This document shows, one piece after another, positions 49,559-58,481 of a stretch of 64,000 nt of DNA. Each line of letters begins with the position of its first letter. Within the stretch, counting starts at the first letter, position 1. The DNA is from a virus, in IMG/VR virus record IMGVR_UViG_3300023223_000669, positions 119,101-183,100 of that record. The stretch is one strand, 5' to 3'. The notes beneath the pieces were generated by a model. The model had not been told where the DNA came from. It did not search any database and was given only the letters and a program-made list of their open reading frames with translations. The position numbers and the translations under genes are program-made.

Positions 49559-50346
49559 GATAATAATTCATAACCCTCCTCGGTCACGAGGAGACATCTC
49601 TCGGTATGTGCAGTCAGTCTCCGTTCGGCCTGCCGAACGGTCCAGCCATCCTCATCTATCATTATACCACTTGTACCCATTGTTGTAACGGGTTCAATGC
49701 AATAAGTTTCACCTATAACGAACTTTTCTCTGCCATATTTCTTAACCTCAAGGTCTTGCTTGATACGGCTTTTAGATTTATCGATAGCGTTAGGGACAAA
49801 CGGTGGTAGGTGAATCTTCTCGCCGATGCCGTGGCCGCCCCACTGTGGCATGATAGTTACGCCATAAGCTTTGGCCACCGCATCGGCGGCCTCAATCATC
49901 CTTAGAAAAGTACACTCATTTCGGACGACGGCAAGCTCAGCATCCATGATGGCATCCACGGCTTCGACTAGATGCACAGCCTCTTTTGATACTCTTCCTG
50001 GGACCAGGCGTGTCCTAGCAGCATCTACGAACCAACCCTCGTGCTCTGTGCCTACGTCGATGGTCAAGAGGTCGCCTTGTCGTAAAACATAATTACCAGG
50101 AATACCGTGAACCACTACATCGTTAGGGCTAATGCAGGCCGTATTTGGGTACGGCCTAGAGTAGCCCTCTGGTTGATAACCTTTAAAGGCGGGAGTGCAG
50201 CCAGCCTGACGTATATACCACTCAATCCCGGCGTCTAGCTCTATGAGTTTGACGCCGGGCTTGGCTAAGCCGAAGGCATAGTTGATTGCTCCCAAGTTTA
50301 CCCTGCCAGCATAACGCATACTATCTAACTTGTCGTGCATATGCAT
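49555..50346 (-). CDS. map: Methionine aminopeptidase type I
   Basis: CISPNDVVVHGIP; IDVG..WFVDAART; GGHGIG; CIEP; AHTE. Confidence 0.92.
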   Translation of the reverse strand: MHMHDKLDSMRYAGRVNLGAINYAFGLAKPGVKLIELDAGIEWYIRQAGCTPAFKGYQPEGYSRPYPNTACISPNDVVVHGIPGNYVLRQGDLLTIDVGTEHEGWFVDAARTRLVPGRVSKEAVHLVEAVDAIMDAELAVVRNECTFLRMIEAADAVAKAYGVTIMPQWGGHGIGEKIHLPPFVPNAIDKSKSRIKQDLEVKKYGREKFVIGETYCIEPVTTMGTSGIMIDEDGWTVRQAERRLTAHTERCLLVTEEGYELLS

Positions 50347-50533
50347 AAATCATTCTGTCAAGTTCTTCAGATTGGGCCCATTCCATTATTGATTCTTCTA
50401 GTGTGCTCATGTCATTCCATGAACCCGAATAGCCCTGTGCAAAGCGGTAGATGGCATGATCGTTTAATGGTTTATTTAAAGCACGTAGAGCAATTCTACA
50501 CATGGCAGCGACAGTGTTATGACAAATTTGCAT
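50321..50533 (-). CDS. Hypothetical protein
   Basis: Start moved to ATG 50533 to avoid a long overlap with the HNH gene. Confidence 0.4.
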   Translation of the reverse strand: MQICHNTVAAMCRIALRALNKPLNDHAIYRFAQGYSGSWNDMSTLEESIMEWAQSEELDRMIYAYARQVR

Positions 50534-50972
50534 ATCTTCTATTCCTCTGACGTATACGATTACATCGCCTACATTGTCGCCAACCTCGTCCATCATGGTA
50601 AGTATTATCTACTGTAAAAGCATGTCCTCGTACACAGAATGCTTTACGAGCATTGACGCCCGATGGACCATCACTACGTAGATTGTTGACACGAGTAGTA
50701 ACATGTTCTAAATGATCTGGATTAACGCAAGTTTTGTTTTGACAAAGATGATCTAATGGACCTTCTTGTAATTCTTTATATAGACTGTAAACCCACCTGT
50801 GGGCACGCCAATGTTTTGATTTACCATCACGCCTAATTGATAGTTTGCCATAACCATCCTTATCTAAGGCACCAATCCATTTCCAGCATTCTGTGTTATT
50901 CCAGAATTGTCCCGATGACTTATTAATATCTAGCTCGAAACGCTGTTCTATTGTTTTTTCTGGTCTACCCAT
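50517..50972 (-). CDS. HNH homing endonuclease
   Basis: CWKW..DGYG..RAHR..LDHLC.NKTCVNPDHLE; CVRGH. Confidence 0.9.
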   Translation of the reverse strand: MGRPEKTIEQRFELDINKSSGQFWNNTECWKWIGALDKDGYGKLSIRRDGKSKHWRAHRWVYSLYKELQEGPLDHLCQNKTCVNPDHLEHVTTRVNNLRSDGPSGVNARKAFCVRGHAFTVDNTYHDGRGWRQCRRCNRIRQRNRRYANLS

Positions 50973-51565
50973 TTCTTAACCATTCGCCAATGTGGCAAGA
51001 CTATCTTGTATCCTCGTTCTGGAGAACGCAATAAATATGATGGATGATATGTACATAGTACCTTTGTACTGTGTTGTCCCACCTGATAAGTACGCCAATC
51101 ACCACCATGTTTGGTTGGATTTTTGGGAAAAAACTGACTCAATGCCCCCTTGACACGAGAGCCCTGTAATTGTTCCACGGCAATACGACCTAACGCAATC
51201 AAAATTTGTGGCTTTAGTAATTGAATTTGTAGATCAAGTCTCCATTTGCATGCCTGTAATTCTTCATGTCGTGGGTTCCTATTCGATGGTGGACGACATA
51301 ACACAGCATTAGTGATATAGATATCATCTCGGCCTAGGCCGACAAAACTCAGGATGTCATCAAGCTTGTTACCAGCTTCCCCAATGAAGGGTACACCCTG
51401 AATATCCTCTTCTTTGCCGGGTGCTTCACCAATAATCATGATGAGAGGCTCCGTTGAACCTTCCCCGAATACTACCTGAGTACGTTCGCGGCAGAGGTCG
51501 CAAGACCCACAGTCTTGCATTTGAAGCCTTAATTCAGTTAGACCTTGCATTGTGTTACCTGCCAT
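50948..51565 (-). CDS. Uracil-DNA glycosylase family 4
   Basis: C..C.LC..R..VVFGEG; GEAPG.EED..G.PFIG; TN..LCRPP.NR.P; YHPSYLLR. Confidence 0.92.
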   Translation of the reverse strand: MAGNTMQGLTELRLQMQDCGSCDLCRERTQVVFGEGSTEPLIMIIGEAPGKEEDIQGVPFIGEAGNKLDDILSFVGLGRDDIYITNAVLCRPPSNRNPRHEELQACKWRLDLQIQLLKPQILIALGRIAVEQLQGSRVKGALSQFFPKNPTKHGGDWRTYQVGQHSTKVLCTYHPSYLLRSPERGYKIVLPHWRMVKKWVDQKKQ

Positions 51566-51761
51566 TTCTTAGTTTTGTGACATGAGCCCATAATCCTCGT
51601 GTGCCTAGTTTACCATGTGCGTCAGCACCAAGTACATTTTTAGCATAATCATATGCTAGTGCTTGACTCCATACGTTATCATTATCACCACGTACAACAA
51701 TCTCACTATCAAATCCTTTAATGGGATGATATAATGTAATACGAAAACGAGGCACGTTCAT
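51555..51761 (-). CDS. Hypothetical protein
   Basis: Coupled ORF. Confidence 0.5.
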   Translation of the reverse strand: MNVPRFRITLYHPIKGFDSEIVVRGDNDNVWSQALAYDYAKNVLGADAHGKLGTRGLWAHVTKLRNGR

Positions 51762-52696
51762 GATAGATGCCCTGTAAATAGTTCATCATTCCAATTGCCT
51801 TTCTGTTTTTTCTGTAGCGTAGCTACAGAAAAGTCTAATACGTCGGCCATGTTGTCAGCACACGACACAATCTTACCTTCAAGCGTGAAAATATTCTCAC
51901 GCTTGAAGCACATATTTTCCAGAGCTTGTCGCTTTGATTCCGGGATCTCGATTTGTAGATCAGATTCCGTGGTCAACATTAGATGGTCAATATACCTTGC
52001 ACTTGCTCGATGGATACCTGTCATATGGAATGCATCACGCGAGCGTAGGTGGTCGCCTTGAAAGCGTGTAGTTGTATGCCACCCGACGTTACGTAGGGCA
52101 CACCCCGCGATGACTAGCGACGGGCTGAACGGAAGCTCAAGTTCCTTAGCTTGTTGGATAGCGACGAGTGACAGCCGCATCGAATGTGCAATGTGAACCA
52201 GTAAGCCGCCGCGATAAGCCATTGGGCCAGTAATGCCATAGGGAGATTGCCGTAAAGCATTCAAGAGATCTAAACGATGTAGTGCATTGCCCATAATGTC
52301 ACGGTAAGTGGCATCCTCTATACTCATGATCTGATCTTCGATCTCGCCCGAGTATGCGGACAACGTGTGGGCGTTCACGCCCTTGATGTAATCAAACTGA
52401 TTCAGCGGAGTCTCCGCTCGTCTAGCATCCGAAGCCTGGGCTTGGAACTCGATGCCGCCTCGGTAGAGTTTGGTGGTGATTGCGAGCATGAAGTAGGCAC
52501 CCTCAATGAGTTCGCCATGATAATCCCACACAACACCCTCGATCTCGCCTGTGATATCTTTAAAGGTGACACGGGCGAATAGCCCAGTTGGTGTCTTCAT
52601 GCTGGCGTTCGCCTCGATCTTGGCCACCAGGAAGACTTGCTCATAAGTCTTGCCGTGTTCTATTGAGCTAATAGGGCTGTAGATTTCAACGCTCAT
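51758..52696 (-). CDS. YhaM/CBF1-like OB-fold + HD-domain protein with degenerate HD motif
   Basis: OB fold (TFKDITGEIEGVVWD); GGLLVH; AGCALRNVG in place of HD.G; ADNMAD. Confidence 0.75.
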   Translation of the reverse strand: MSVEIYSPISSIEHGKTYEQVFLVAKIEANASMKTPTGLFARVTFKDITGEIEGVVWDYHGELIEGAYFMLAITTKLYRGGIEFQAQASDARRAETPLNQFDYIKGVNAHTLSAYSGEIEDQIMSIEDATYRDIMGNALHRLDLLNALRQSPYGITGPMAYRGGLLVHIAHSMRLSLVAIQQAKELELPFSPSLVIAGCALRNVGWHTTTRFQGDHLRSRDAFHMTGIHRASARYIDHLMLTTESDLQIEIPESKRQALENMCFKRENIFTLEGKIVSCADNMADVLDFSVATLQKKQKGNWNDELFTGHLS

Positions 52697-52889
52697 ACTT
52701 TTTCTTCCGTCCGCCACGAGTGCGGTCTTCTTTTTCCTTACAACCAGCACAGCGGCCGATTTTAAGTACGATAATTGAAAGCTCGTCGGGTAGACGGTTT
52801 TCATTGCCGGGGATTAGTGTTAGCCGAGAATCCCCGGCAAAGTATGATCCGCCGCAGCAGCGACACTCAATGATCGATAGAGTTTTCAT
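52686..52889 (-). CDS. Small Zn-binding hypothetical protein
   Basis: CRCC..CAGC; overlaps both neighbours in the usual coupled way. Confidence 0.5.
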   Translation of the reverse strand: MKTLSIIECRCCGGSYFAGDSRLTLIPGNENRLPDELSIIVLKIGRCAGCKEKEDRTRGGRKKKYER

Positions 52890-53412
52890 GCTTAAGTCTG
52901 ACCTCTAGTAGATCCAAGAGACCATTGATTCTGTTAGCAATAGTGCCGTGAGATACACCATGTTCCCTGGCTAAAGCCCTAAAGGATTTGTTGTGTACAA
53001 AGTGTTCGACCAATAGATTAACGTAGCTTTGATCTGACACCTTGGCGATGATCGTTGCCATCATGTCGCGTCTTTCGACGGACGTATCGTTGTGCTCCCG
53101 ATCATCAAGTTCGGTTGCGTCTACATCAATCTGATTAGGTTTGTTACGAGTCCTTTTCAGAATGTATCGCATCACATGACCACGAATATAATGATACGCA
53201 AACGTGGTGAACTTAGCCTTCTTGGCATCGTATCTATCAACCGCAGCAAGCAAACCAATCCAAGCTTCTTGCTGTAGGTCTTCAACCGTGATCAACACGT
53301 CACGGGAACACAGTGGCAAAAGAGGAGTCAAGATGCTCAGAATAATAGCATCCCATTCGTTTTGCGGTACTGAGTCTAGCGGGCTATCGTTCGTATCCAT
53401 CGAATTGGGCAA
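52867..53412 (-). CDS. Second sigma-70 family factor
   Basis: EDLQQEAWIGLLAAVDRYD..KFTTFAYHYIRG; SFRALAREHGVSHGTI. Confidence 0.85.
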   Translation of the reverse strand: MPNSMDTNDSPLDSVPQNEWDAIILSILTPLLPLCSRDVLITVEDLQQEAWIGLLAAVDRYDAKKAKFTTFAYHYIRGHVMRYILKRTRNKPNQIDVDATELDDREHNDTSVERRDMMATIIAKVSDQSYVNLLVEHFVHNKSFRALAREHGVSHGTIANRINGLLDLLEVRLKHENSIDH

Positions 53413-53770
53413 TAAGCAATCGTATGTACGTATCTTTTTCTTCGGGTGTTAGTGTTGCCCACTGACGAAATACGCCAGCGTTTCCACCGACAGGGATTTC
53501 TTCGTTCCCTGGTGTTACTTGCTTGTGCCGATAGAGGATACGGCCTTCTTTATCTTGGACCACGAGAGTCACAATGCTATACTGAGAGTTTTCTGAAAGT
53601 GCCCAAAAGAAGTTTAGGAAATCCTTAAACTTTACAATCGATTTCTTTGGGCTCCCGTCATTCATAATCATCACAAAGATGATTTCTGTTTCGGGCGTGA
53701 GGGTAGCATTTTCACTTAAATGTTTTTCAATAGCTTTCAACTTGTCCCAATCTACATTAATATTCATCAT
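53384..53770 (-). CDS. Hypothetical protein
   Basis: SD GAGGAGG before ATG 53770. Confidence 0.6.
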   Translation of the reverse strand: MMNINVDWDKLKAIEKHLSENATLTPETEIIFVMIMNDGSPKKSIVKFKDFLNFFWALSENSQYSIVTLVVQDKEGRILYRHKQVTPGNEEIPVGGNAGVFRQWATLTPEEKDTYIRLLIAQFDGYER

Positions 53771-53798
53771 GGGTAGCCTCCTCTGCCCTAATACTACA

Positions 53799-55055
53799 CT
53801 AAGTAGCACTTTGGACCTCGGCAACGGTGCCATCTTGGATGTATACCCCCATACGGTCGTCGTTATTGCGGGAAGCGTATTCGATCCACACTTGAAAGTC
53901 TTCGTCGCTTGCCATGTCCTTCACGATTTCCATGCTCTCGTCATCCAGCAGGGAGCCGTCTGCAATGCGGATCACGCGTAGCGTAGGGTTGGCGGCCATC
54001 GCAATTCCTAGGGAAATTCGCAGCCGTTGTGCGGCAGACGCCTGACAGAAAGGCACTAACTCGTCGCCTTCACTGACTACCATGACTCCATCTGGTGTGA
54101 TCCGTAGTCCGGTAACGGGCAACGAAGACGCCTCTAAAGCCTCCGCCTTGTTGATTTCGATGAGTTCCATCTGATCATTGAGACCCTTGATGTCGTCGTC
54201 TACAACTGTCAGGGCCTCTTTGGTCTTGCGGTAGGTTTGAACCTCACGAGCACGAGCGTTGTTCTTTTCGATATTTGCAAGCTCACCCTTGAGGAAGTCT
54301 ATATCAGGCGGCTCTGGCATGTCAGATAATTGCTGGACAATCGTTGCATGCTCTGTGTTCGCTAGCGAGAGTTCTGCTTCCAGTCGTGTGATTCTATTAC
54401 GTAGCCTTTGCTCGTCGCTCGTGAGTTGTCCCATGCGAGCGATGACTTGGGCAGCGTCCGTAACAGACTGCGTAAGGTCCACGACCGATACTTCTGTGTC
54501 TGGATCTGTTGCAGTAGGTGGTGCCATCTGAGTCAGGAGCACGGTCAGCCGTCTCTTCTCTTTGTTAGCGTCCGTTCGTTTATCGTACGCCTCTTTGTGT
54601 CGTACGTCGAAGTCGGCTAGGTCCAATTCACCTTCGGTGATTTGGAATAGAACATCGGCCAGCATTTCTCGCTGTTCTGTGTCTGTCTTACGGGAGAACT
54701 CCCAGGGATCAAAGCTAAGGTCTCCGATCAAGCCATCGAGTAGCTTCTGTGGTGACGGTACCTTGTCTCCCCCTGGCTTACGAATTTCCAGGGTAGAACC
54801 AGCCGCCGTGAACTTACGAGTTACGATATAGTCGCCCAAATCAATAGTGACCAGACCTTTGTCTGTGCCTGTACGTAACGGCTGGGGCGTCTCCCTTTTG
54901 GCTGCCCTGTATTCAAGAGCCAACCAGATGGAATCTAGCACCGAGGTCTTACCCTCGCCGTTCATCCCGCTCAGGACGATAACGTCCTGAGCGGGAGTGA
55001 TATCAATAGCTTTGACACGCTTGACGTTCTCGGATTGTAGTTGGATGATTCTCAT
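53799..55055 (-). CDS. SMC/SbcC-like AAA ATPase
   Basis: MRIIQL..ENVKR; GMNGEGKTS; coiled coil; ASAAQRLR signature; IADGSLLD. Confidence 0.85.
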   Translation of the reverse strand: MRIIQLQSENVKRVKAIDITPAQDVIVLSGMNGEGKTSVLDSIWLALEYRAAKRETPQPLRTGTDKGLVTIDLGDYIVTRKFTAAGSTLEIRKPGGDKVPSPQKLLDGLIGDLSFDPWEFSRKTDTEQREMLADVLFQITEGELDLADFDVRHKEAYDKRTDANKEKRRLTVLLTQMAPPTATDPDTEVSVVDLTQSVTDAAQVIARMGQLTSDEQRLRNRITRLEAELSLANTEHATIVQQLSDMPEPPDIDFLKGELANIEKNNARAREVQTYRKTKEALTVVDDDIKGLNDQMELIEINKAEALEASSLPVTGLRITPDGVMVVSEGDELVPFCQASAAQRLRISLGIAMAANPTLRVIRIADGSLLDDESMEIVKDMASDEDFQVWIEYASRNNDDRMGVYIQDGTVAEVQSAT

Positions 55056-55092
55056 TTGAAAAATTGGAACAGGTGATATGCGAGGATTGGAC

Positions 55093-55446
55093 CTACCCAA
55101 CACCTTCGGTGTCTCTATTGAAACGCCGCTCGTTGAGTGTGTCTTGGCTATAGAATTTTAACACATAATCTCGATCGGCCTTCTGGCGACTGATGGTTGG
55201 AATTTCTTCTCGGGTCTTTAGTTTCCAGTAGCCACAATTCCAACCTTCTTCGGCATAGCCACAAAGTTTACAAACCCTAAAGGGTGGCGTAGCATAACCG
55301 AAGGAACCAGCGGGTGTATAAGCAGCCTCAAGGATTTGATCCTCGGGATGATCACACTCAGTTTGCATCGCAAGAAGCTCAGTCTCTCTCCGTTCCTTGA
55401 GAGCGTGAATCTCAGCGTCGAGTGCTTCTATTCTTTGTCGTGTCAT
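55093..55446 (-). CDS. Hypothetical Zn-binding phage protein
   Basis: CDH..RVCKLCGYAEEGW. Confidence 0.6.
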   Translation of the reverse strand: MTRQRIEALDAEIHALKERRETELLAMQTECDHPEDQILEAAYTPAGSFGYATPPFRVCKLCGYAEEGWNCGYWKLKTREEIPTISRQKADRDYVLKFYSQDTLNERRFNRDTEGVG

Positions 55447-55871
55447 GGCATGTAGTTGTAGACATACGTGAGTCTACCTTCTTTTTGTTTTTGTCTGGCA
55501 CAATCGTCACAAATAGCGATCATATATACATTGCAATCCAGTGTAGAACCGAATCCGGCAGAAATGTTTGTAGCCATACCATCACCAAAACCTTGGTGAT
55601 CTACAGTTTGCACTGTAATTTCGTCTTGATCGCCCCACCCAGCCCCCGCCTGGAGTTCTTTGCCACAGCAGACACAGGGCAGACTTTGTTTTATTATTTG
55701 AGTATTGTTATCCCGTTCTGCACACCGATTACAACATCCGAACAATCTGTCTGTGATAGTTTCGATGAGTCTTTCACCATAGCAGTATATACATCGTCTG
55801 TTTTTGCGTTGCCAAGCAGTAATGCGATCTTCATCAGACATGATCTCTTCGCGTTGTTCTTTGTGTGTCAT
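55443..55871 (-). CDS. Hypothetical Cys-rich protein
   Basis: Several CxxC pairs. Confidence 0.55.
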   Translation of the reverse strand: MTHKEQREEIMSDEDRITAWQRKNRRCIYCYGERLIETITDRLFGCCNRCAERDNNTQIIKQSLPCVCCGKELQAGAGWGDQDEITVQTVDHQGFGDGMATNISAGFGSTLDCNVYMIAICDDCARQKQKEGRLTYVYNYMP

Positions 55872-56287
55872 TGTAGTTGTTTTCTTAGTCGGTCACAAGC
55901 ACGACATTTACGAGTGCCATTCTTGGCAATGTATGTGTTCTTGCGATTGAACATGTGGCCACGTTTACACTGTGTTTTACTTGCTGCATGAGCAGCATAT
56001 GTTTGGCCACGCATAAGGTTTTCTCTACATGTTACTTCTTCAAGATGATCTGGGTTGACGCAACTAGTATTACGACATGTGTGATCAATTTGTTTGGTGT
56101 TATCTATTGTGCGGTGCTTGAAAAGGAATGATAGTCTATGTGCTCTCCAACGTTTACCATGATATCGGAAATCTCCATAGCCATCTTTGTCTAAATAACC
56201 AAGCCAATTCCAACAGCCAGACTGAATGTCAATTTCATATCGTGTGTGAAAATGTTGTTCTGTATTCCTCATCGTAACGGACGCCAA
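55868..56287 (-). CDS. HNH homing endonuclease
   Basis: CWNW..DGYG..RAHR..IDHTCRN.SCVNPDHLE; CKRGH. Confidence 0.9.
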   Translation of the reverse strand: MASVTMRNTEQHFHTRYEIDIQSGCWNWLGYLDKDGYGDFRYHGKRWRAHRLSFLFKHRTIDNTKQIDHTCRNTSCVNPDHLEEVTCRENLMRGQTYAAHAASKTQCKRGHMFNRKNTYIAKNGTRKCRACDRLRKQLQ

Positions 56288-56757
56288 ACAAATCTCTTCA
56301 CAGCAATACGATAACTCATCTTATAGCCAAATCCCTTCCATGGAACCTGTTTACAGTCCTTCATAATGGCCGCAAGAGCCTTGGGCTTAAGCATGGTGAA
56401 AGTTGGTACCTCTTCGTCGGCACCGTTGACCATCAGGATTGTCGCACCCTTTTTATGGTACGATCGCACCTGATTGATCTTTAGGTGGAAGCTTCTCGTG
56501 AGCAAAGGCTTGGCAAACTTGACTTCAATCTCGCCGTAGCCTTCAACTTTGAAATCTGGATCCGTTGAGACTTCTTTATCTTCTAGAAAGTCTCCGCTCT
56601 TACCACAACCAGTATCTTTATACTTAGGTCGAGTCCCTGTTTCTTTTTCAACAAGGTCTAGCCACAGAAGGAACAACGCACGTTCCTCCATCGTGTGATT
56701 TTTGATGTCCTTTTCAAATTGCTCTTTACTTCTATCGTCAAATCGATAGTTGCTCAT
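56269..56757 (-). CDS. Putative PD-(D/E)xK nuclease-fold protein
   Basis: DPDFKV..EIEVK motif. Confidence 0.5.
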   Translation of the reverse strand: MSNYRFDDRSKEQFEKDIKNHTMEERALFLLWLDLVEKETGTRPKYKDTGCGKSGDFLEDKEVSTDPDFKVEGYGEIEVKFAKPLLTRSFHLKINQVRSYHKKGATILMVNGADEEVPTFTMLKPKALAAIMKDCKQVPWKGFGYKMSYRIAVKRFVWRPLR

Positions 56758-56954
56758 TACCTAGTACGTTGAAGGTCGCGTTGGGCCATCGCGAAAGCAC
56801 GCTGACGTGAGTATGCTTTCTTGCGGGTATGATGGATCCATTTCCATTGGAAGGTGTCGTTGTCTTTGAGAGCATCGACCGCCACCCATCCGGCACGCTT
56901 GAGAATACGACGTTCATAGTCGCGTTGTCTTTTATTGGGATCGAAATTAACCAT
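56757..56954 (-). CDS. Small basic hypothetical protein
   Basis: Coupled ORF. Confidence 0.45.
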   Translation of the reverse strand: MVNFDPNKRQRDYERRILKRAGWVAVDALKDNDTFQWKWIHHTRKKAYSRQRAFAMAQRDLQRTR

Positions 56955-57264
56955 TGTTATGTTCCAGTTCAAATTGTCTGATTTCTCGTGGTACATGACG
57001 AGGAAGAGAGCGTGTAAAGTCTGTGAGTTTACCATCTAGAAAATACATGATCTCGACATCATCCTCACGACTGGCTCCTAAGATAACATATGCATTCCCC
57101 TTGAGTACTTCTTCAAATGGACGATCGAAAGCAATAATGATGGAGTCGTCTCGAAGTGCTGTCGGATGCTTAGGCAACCAAAGCTCGTCGCCGGAGCAAT
57201 GGTGTTCAATGACAAACTCTTTAGTTCCTCTAGTAATTGCAAAAATAGACATATCATCCTCCAA
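56947..57264 (-). CDS. Hypothetical protein
   Basis: Coupled ORF. Confidence 0.55.
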   Translation of the reverse strand: MEDDMSIFAITRGTKEFVIEHHCSGDELWLPKHPTALRDDSIIIAFDRPFEEVLKGNAYVILGASREDDVEIMYFLDGKLTDFTRSLPRHVPREIRQFELEHNNG

Positions 57265-57856
57265 TCAAGGCGGCACCAAATTCGGGGTTGCTGAATACAG
57301 TACGGAAGCGGTGCAAAATTCGGAACGTACAGATCGCATCGAATAGAGCGGCGTGATACTTGTTCTTGCCGAAGTCTGTCATGTCGATCTTGAGTGCCTT
57401 GACCGCTTGATTCAATGAAGCACCAGAAGCTACCTTATCGTGGCCAGTGTATAGACGTAATACAGATAGGCTACAGATGCCACGATAAGTGAAGTTAGCT
57501 TCAAATTCTTGTTGCGAGATACCAAACAACTGACGGGCTACAAAACGACGATCGTACTGCTCGTTATGCCCGCCGATGATTGCGGCACCGTTGTTATACC
57601 ACAGATCAGAAAAGAGAGTTTGTAGTTCCTCTGTCGGTACGCCTTGTGCAAAGGCTTCCTGTGGAGTGATCCCATGAATCTCAATAGCCTTGTCGGTGTA
57701 AACATAGTCTTCCACCGACTTGAGTCGGTGGTAAGCTTCAAACTTGTCGATGATCTCTCCGCTGTCGAGGTCTCCAACGAGAGCCCCCACCGAAAAGATA
57801 GAGTGTTTCTCGGCGTCCAGGCCGCCGGTCTCCGTGTCATACACTAGCACTCGCAT
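57254..57856 (-). CDS. DEDDh 3'-5' exonuclease (DnaQ/RNase T-like)
   Basis: VYDTETGGL; GHNEQYD; HAALFDA. Confidence 0.9.
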   Translation of the reverse strand: MRVLVYDTETGGLDAEKHSIFSVGALVGDLDSGEIIDKFEAYHRLKSVEDYVYTDKAIEIHGITPQEAFAQGVPTEELQTLFSDLWYNNGAAIIGGHNEQYDRRFVARQLFGISQQEFEANFTYRGICSLSVLRLYTGHDKVASGASLNQAVKALKIDMTDFGKNKYHAALFDAICTFRILHRFRTVFSNPEFGAALIGG

Positions 57857-58349
57857 TTGCGATTACCTCACTAGCTAAGGCCAAAAGACGACCTTCCATG
57901 TCATCAATCGAAGGACGACTACGAACTTCCATGTCTCCATAAGCCTCACCAAAATTGATAACGTTTGACATGAAGTCGTCGCCTTCATCCGGGGTAGGCT
58001 TGAAGGTCTCGCGGAACCCAGCCATGAATTCATGGGCAGACATATTCGTGTCAAGTACGACGCCAAAACGAGTCGGCGTCGGCTGTTCTCGTAGTACGGC
58101 CCTACCAGTCGGACTTTCGCCAAACTTAGTAAATTGTCCCGAAGGGGTACGCATCTTATTAATACGACCCTCGATGATTTTACGGGCTCGACTACGCGAG
58201 AAGATATCACGATGATCCTCATGCATGAGACCATTACGACTGATGCCGTCATTTGTGAACGCGAAAGCTACAAATAGTCTACCGTTTTCGGCAAAAGCAC
58301 CAACACTAACACCAGCAACGGGGCGGTGTGAAAAGATTACGTTATTCAT
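57837..58349 (-). CDS. Hypothetical protein
   Basis: 170-aa ORF, first gene after a structured intergenic gap. Confidence 0.6.
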   Translation of the reverse strand: MNNVIFSHRPVAGVSVGAFAENGRLFVAFAFTNDGISRNGLMHEDHRDIFSRSRARKIIEGRINKMRTPSGQFTKFGESPTGRAVLREQPTPTRFGVVLDTNMSAHEFMAGFRETFKPTPDEGDDFMSNVINFGEAYGDMEVRSRPSIDDMEGRLLALASEVIANASASV

Positions 58350-58481
58350 GAGGTTGTTCAGCAGGAGGTTGAACGTGACTGATTTGGTTGAGACGGACCC
58401 ACATACTAATCACCATTTTAGCGGGCATACCCACTTCACATTGCGATAGGGCTATCATCAAGCAACGAGCCTCGTCGCCAC

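Noticed and set aside
50597-50610. GATAAT promoter before ATG 50596
   Set aside because: It lies within the HNH coding sequence with no -35; the downstream gene more likely starts at 50533.
52697-52804. N-terminal extension of the YhaM-like ORF
   Set aside because: The overlapping 52686..52889 Cys-motif ORF fits the coupling pattern better, and the OB fold begins at M 52696.
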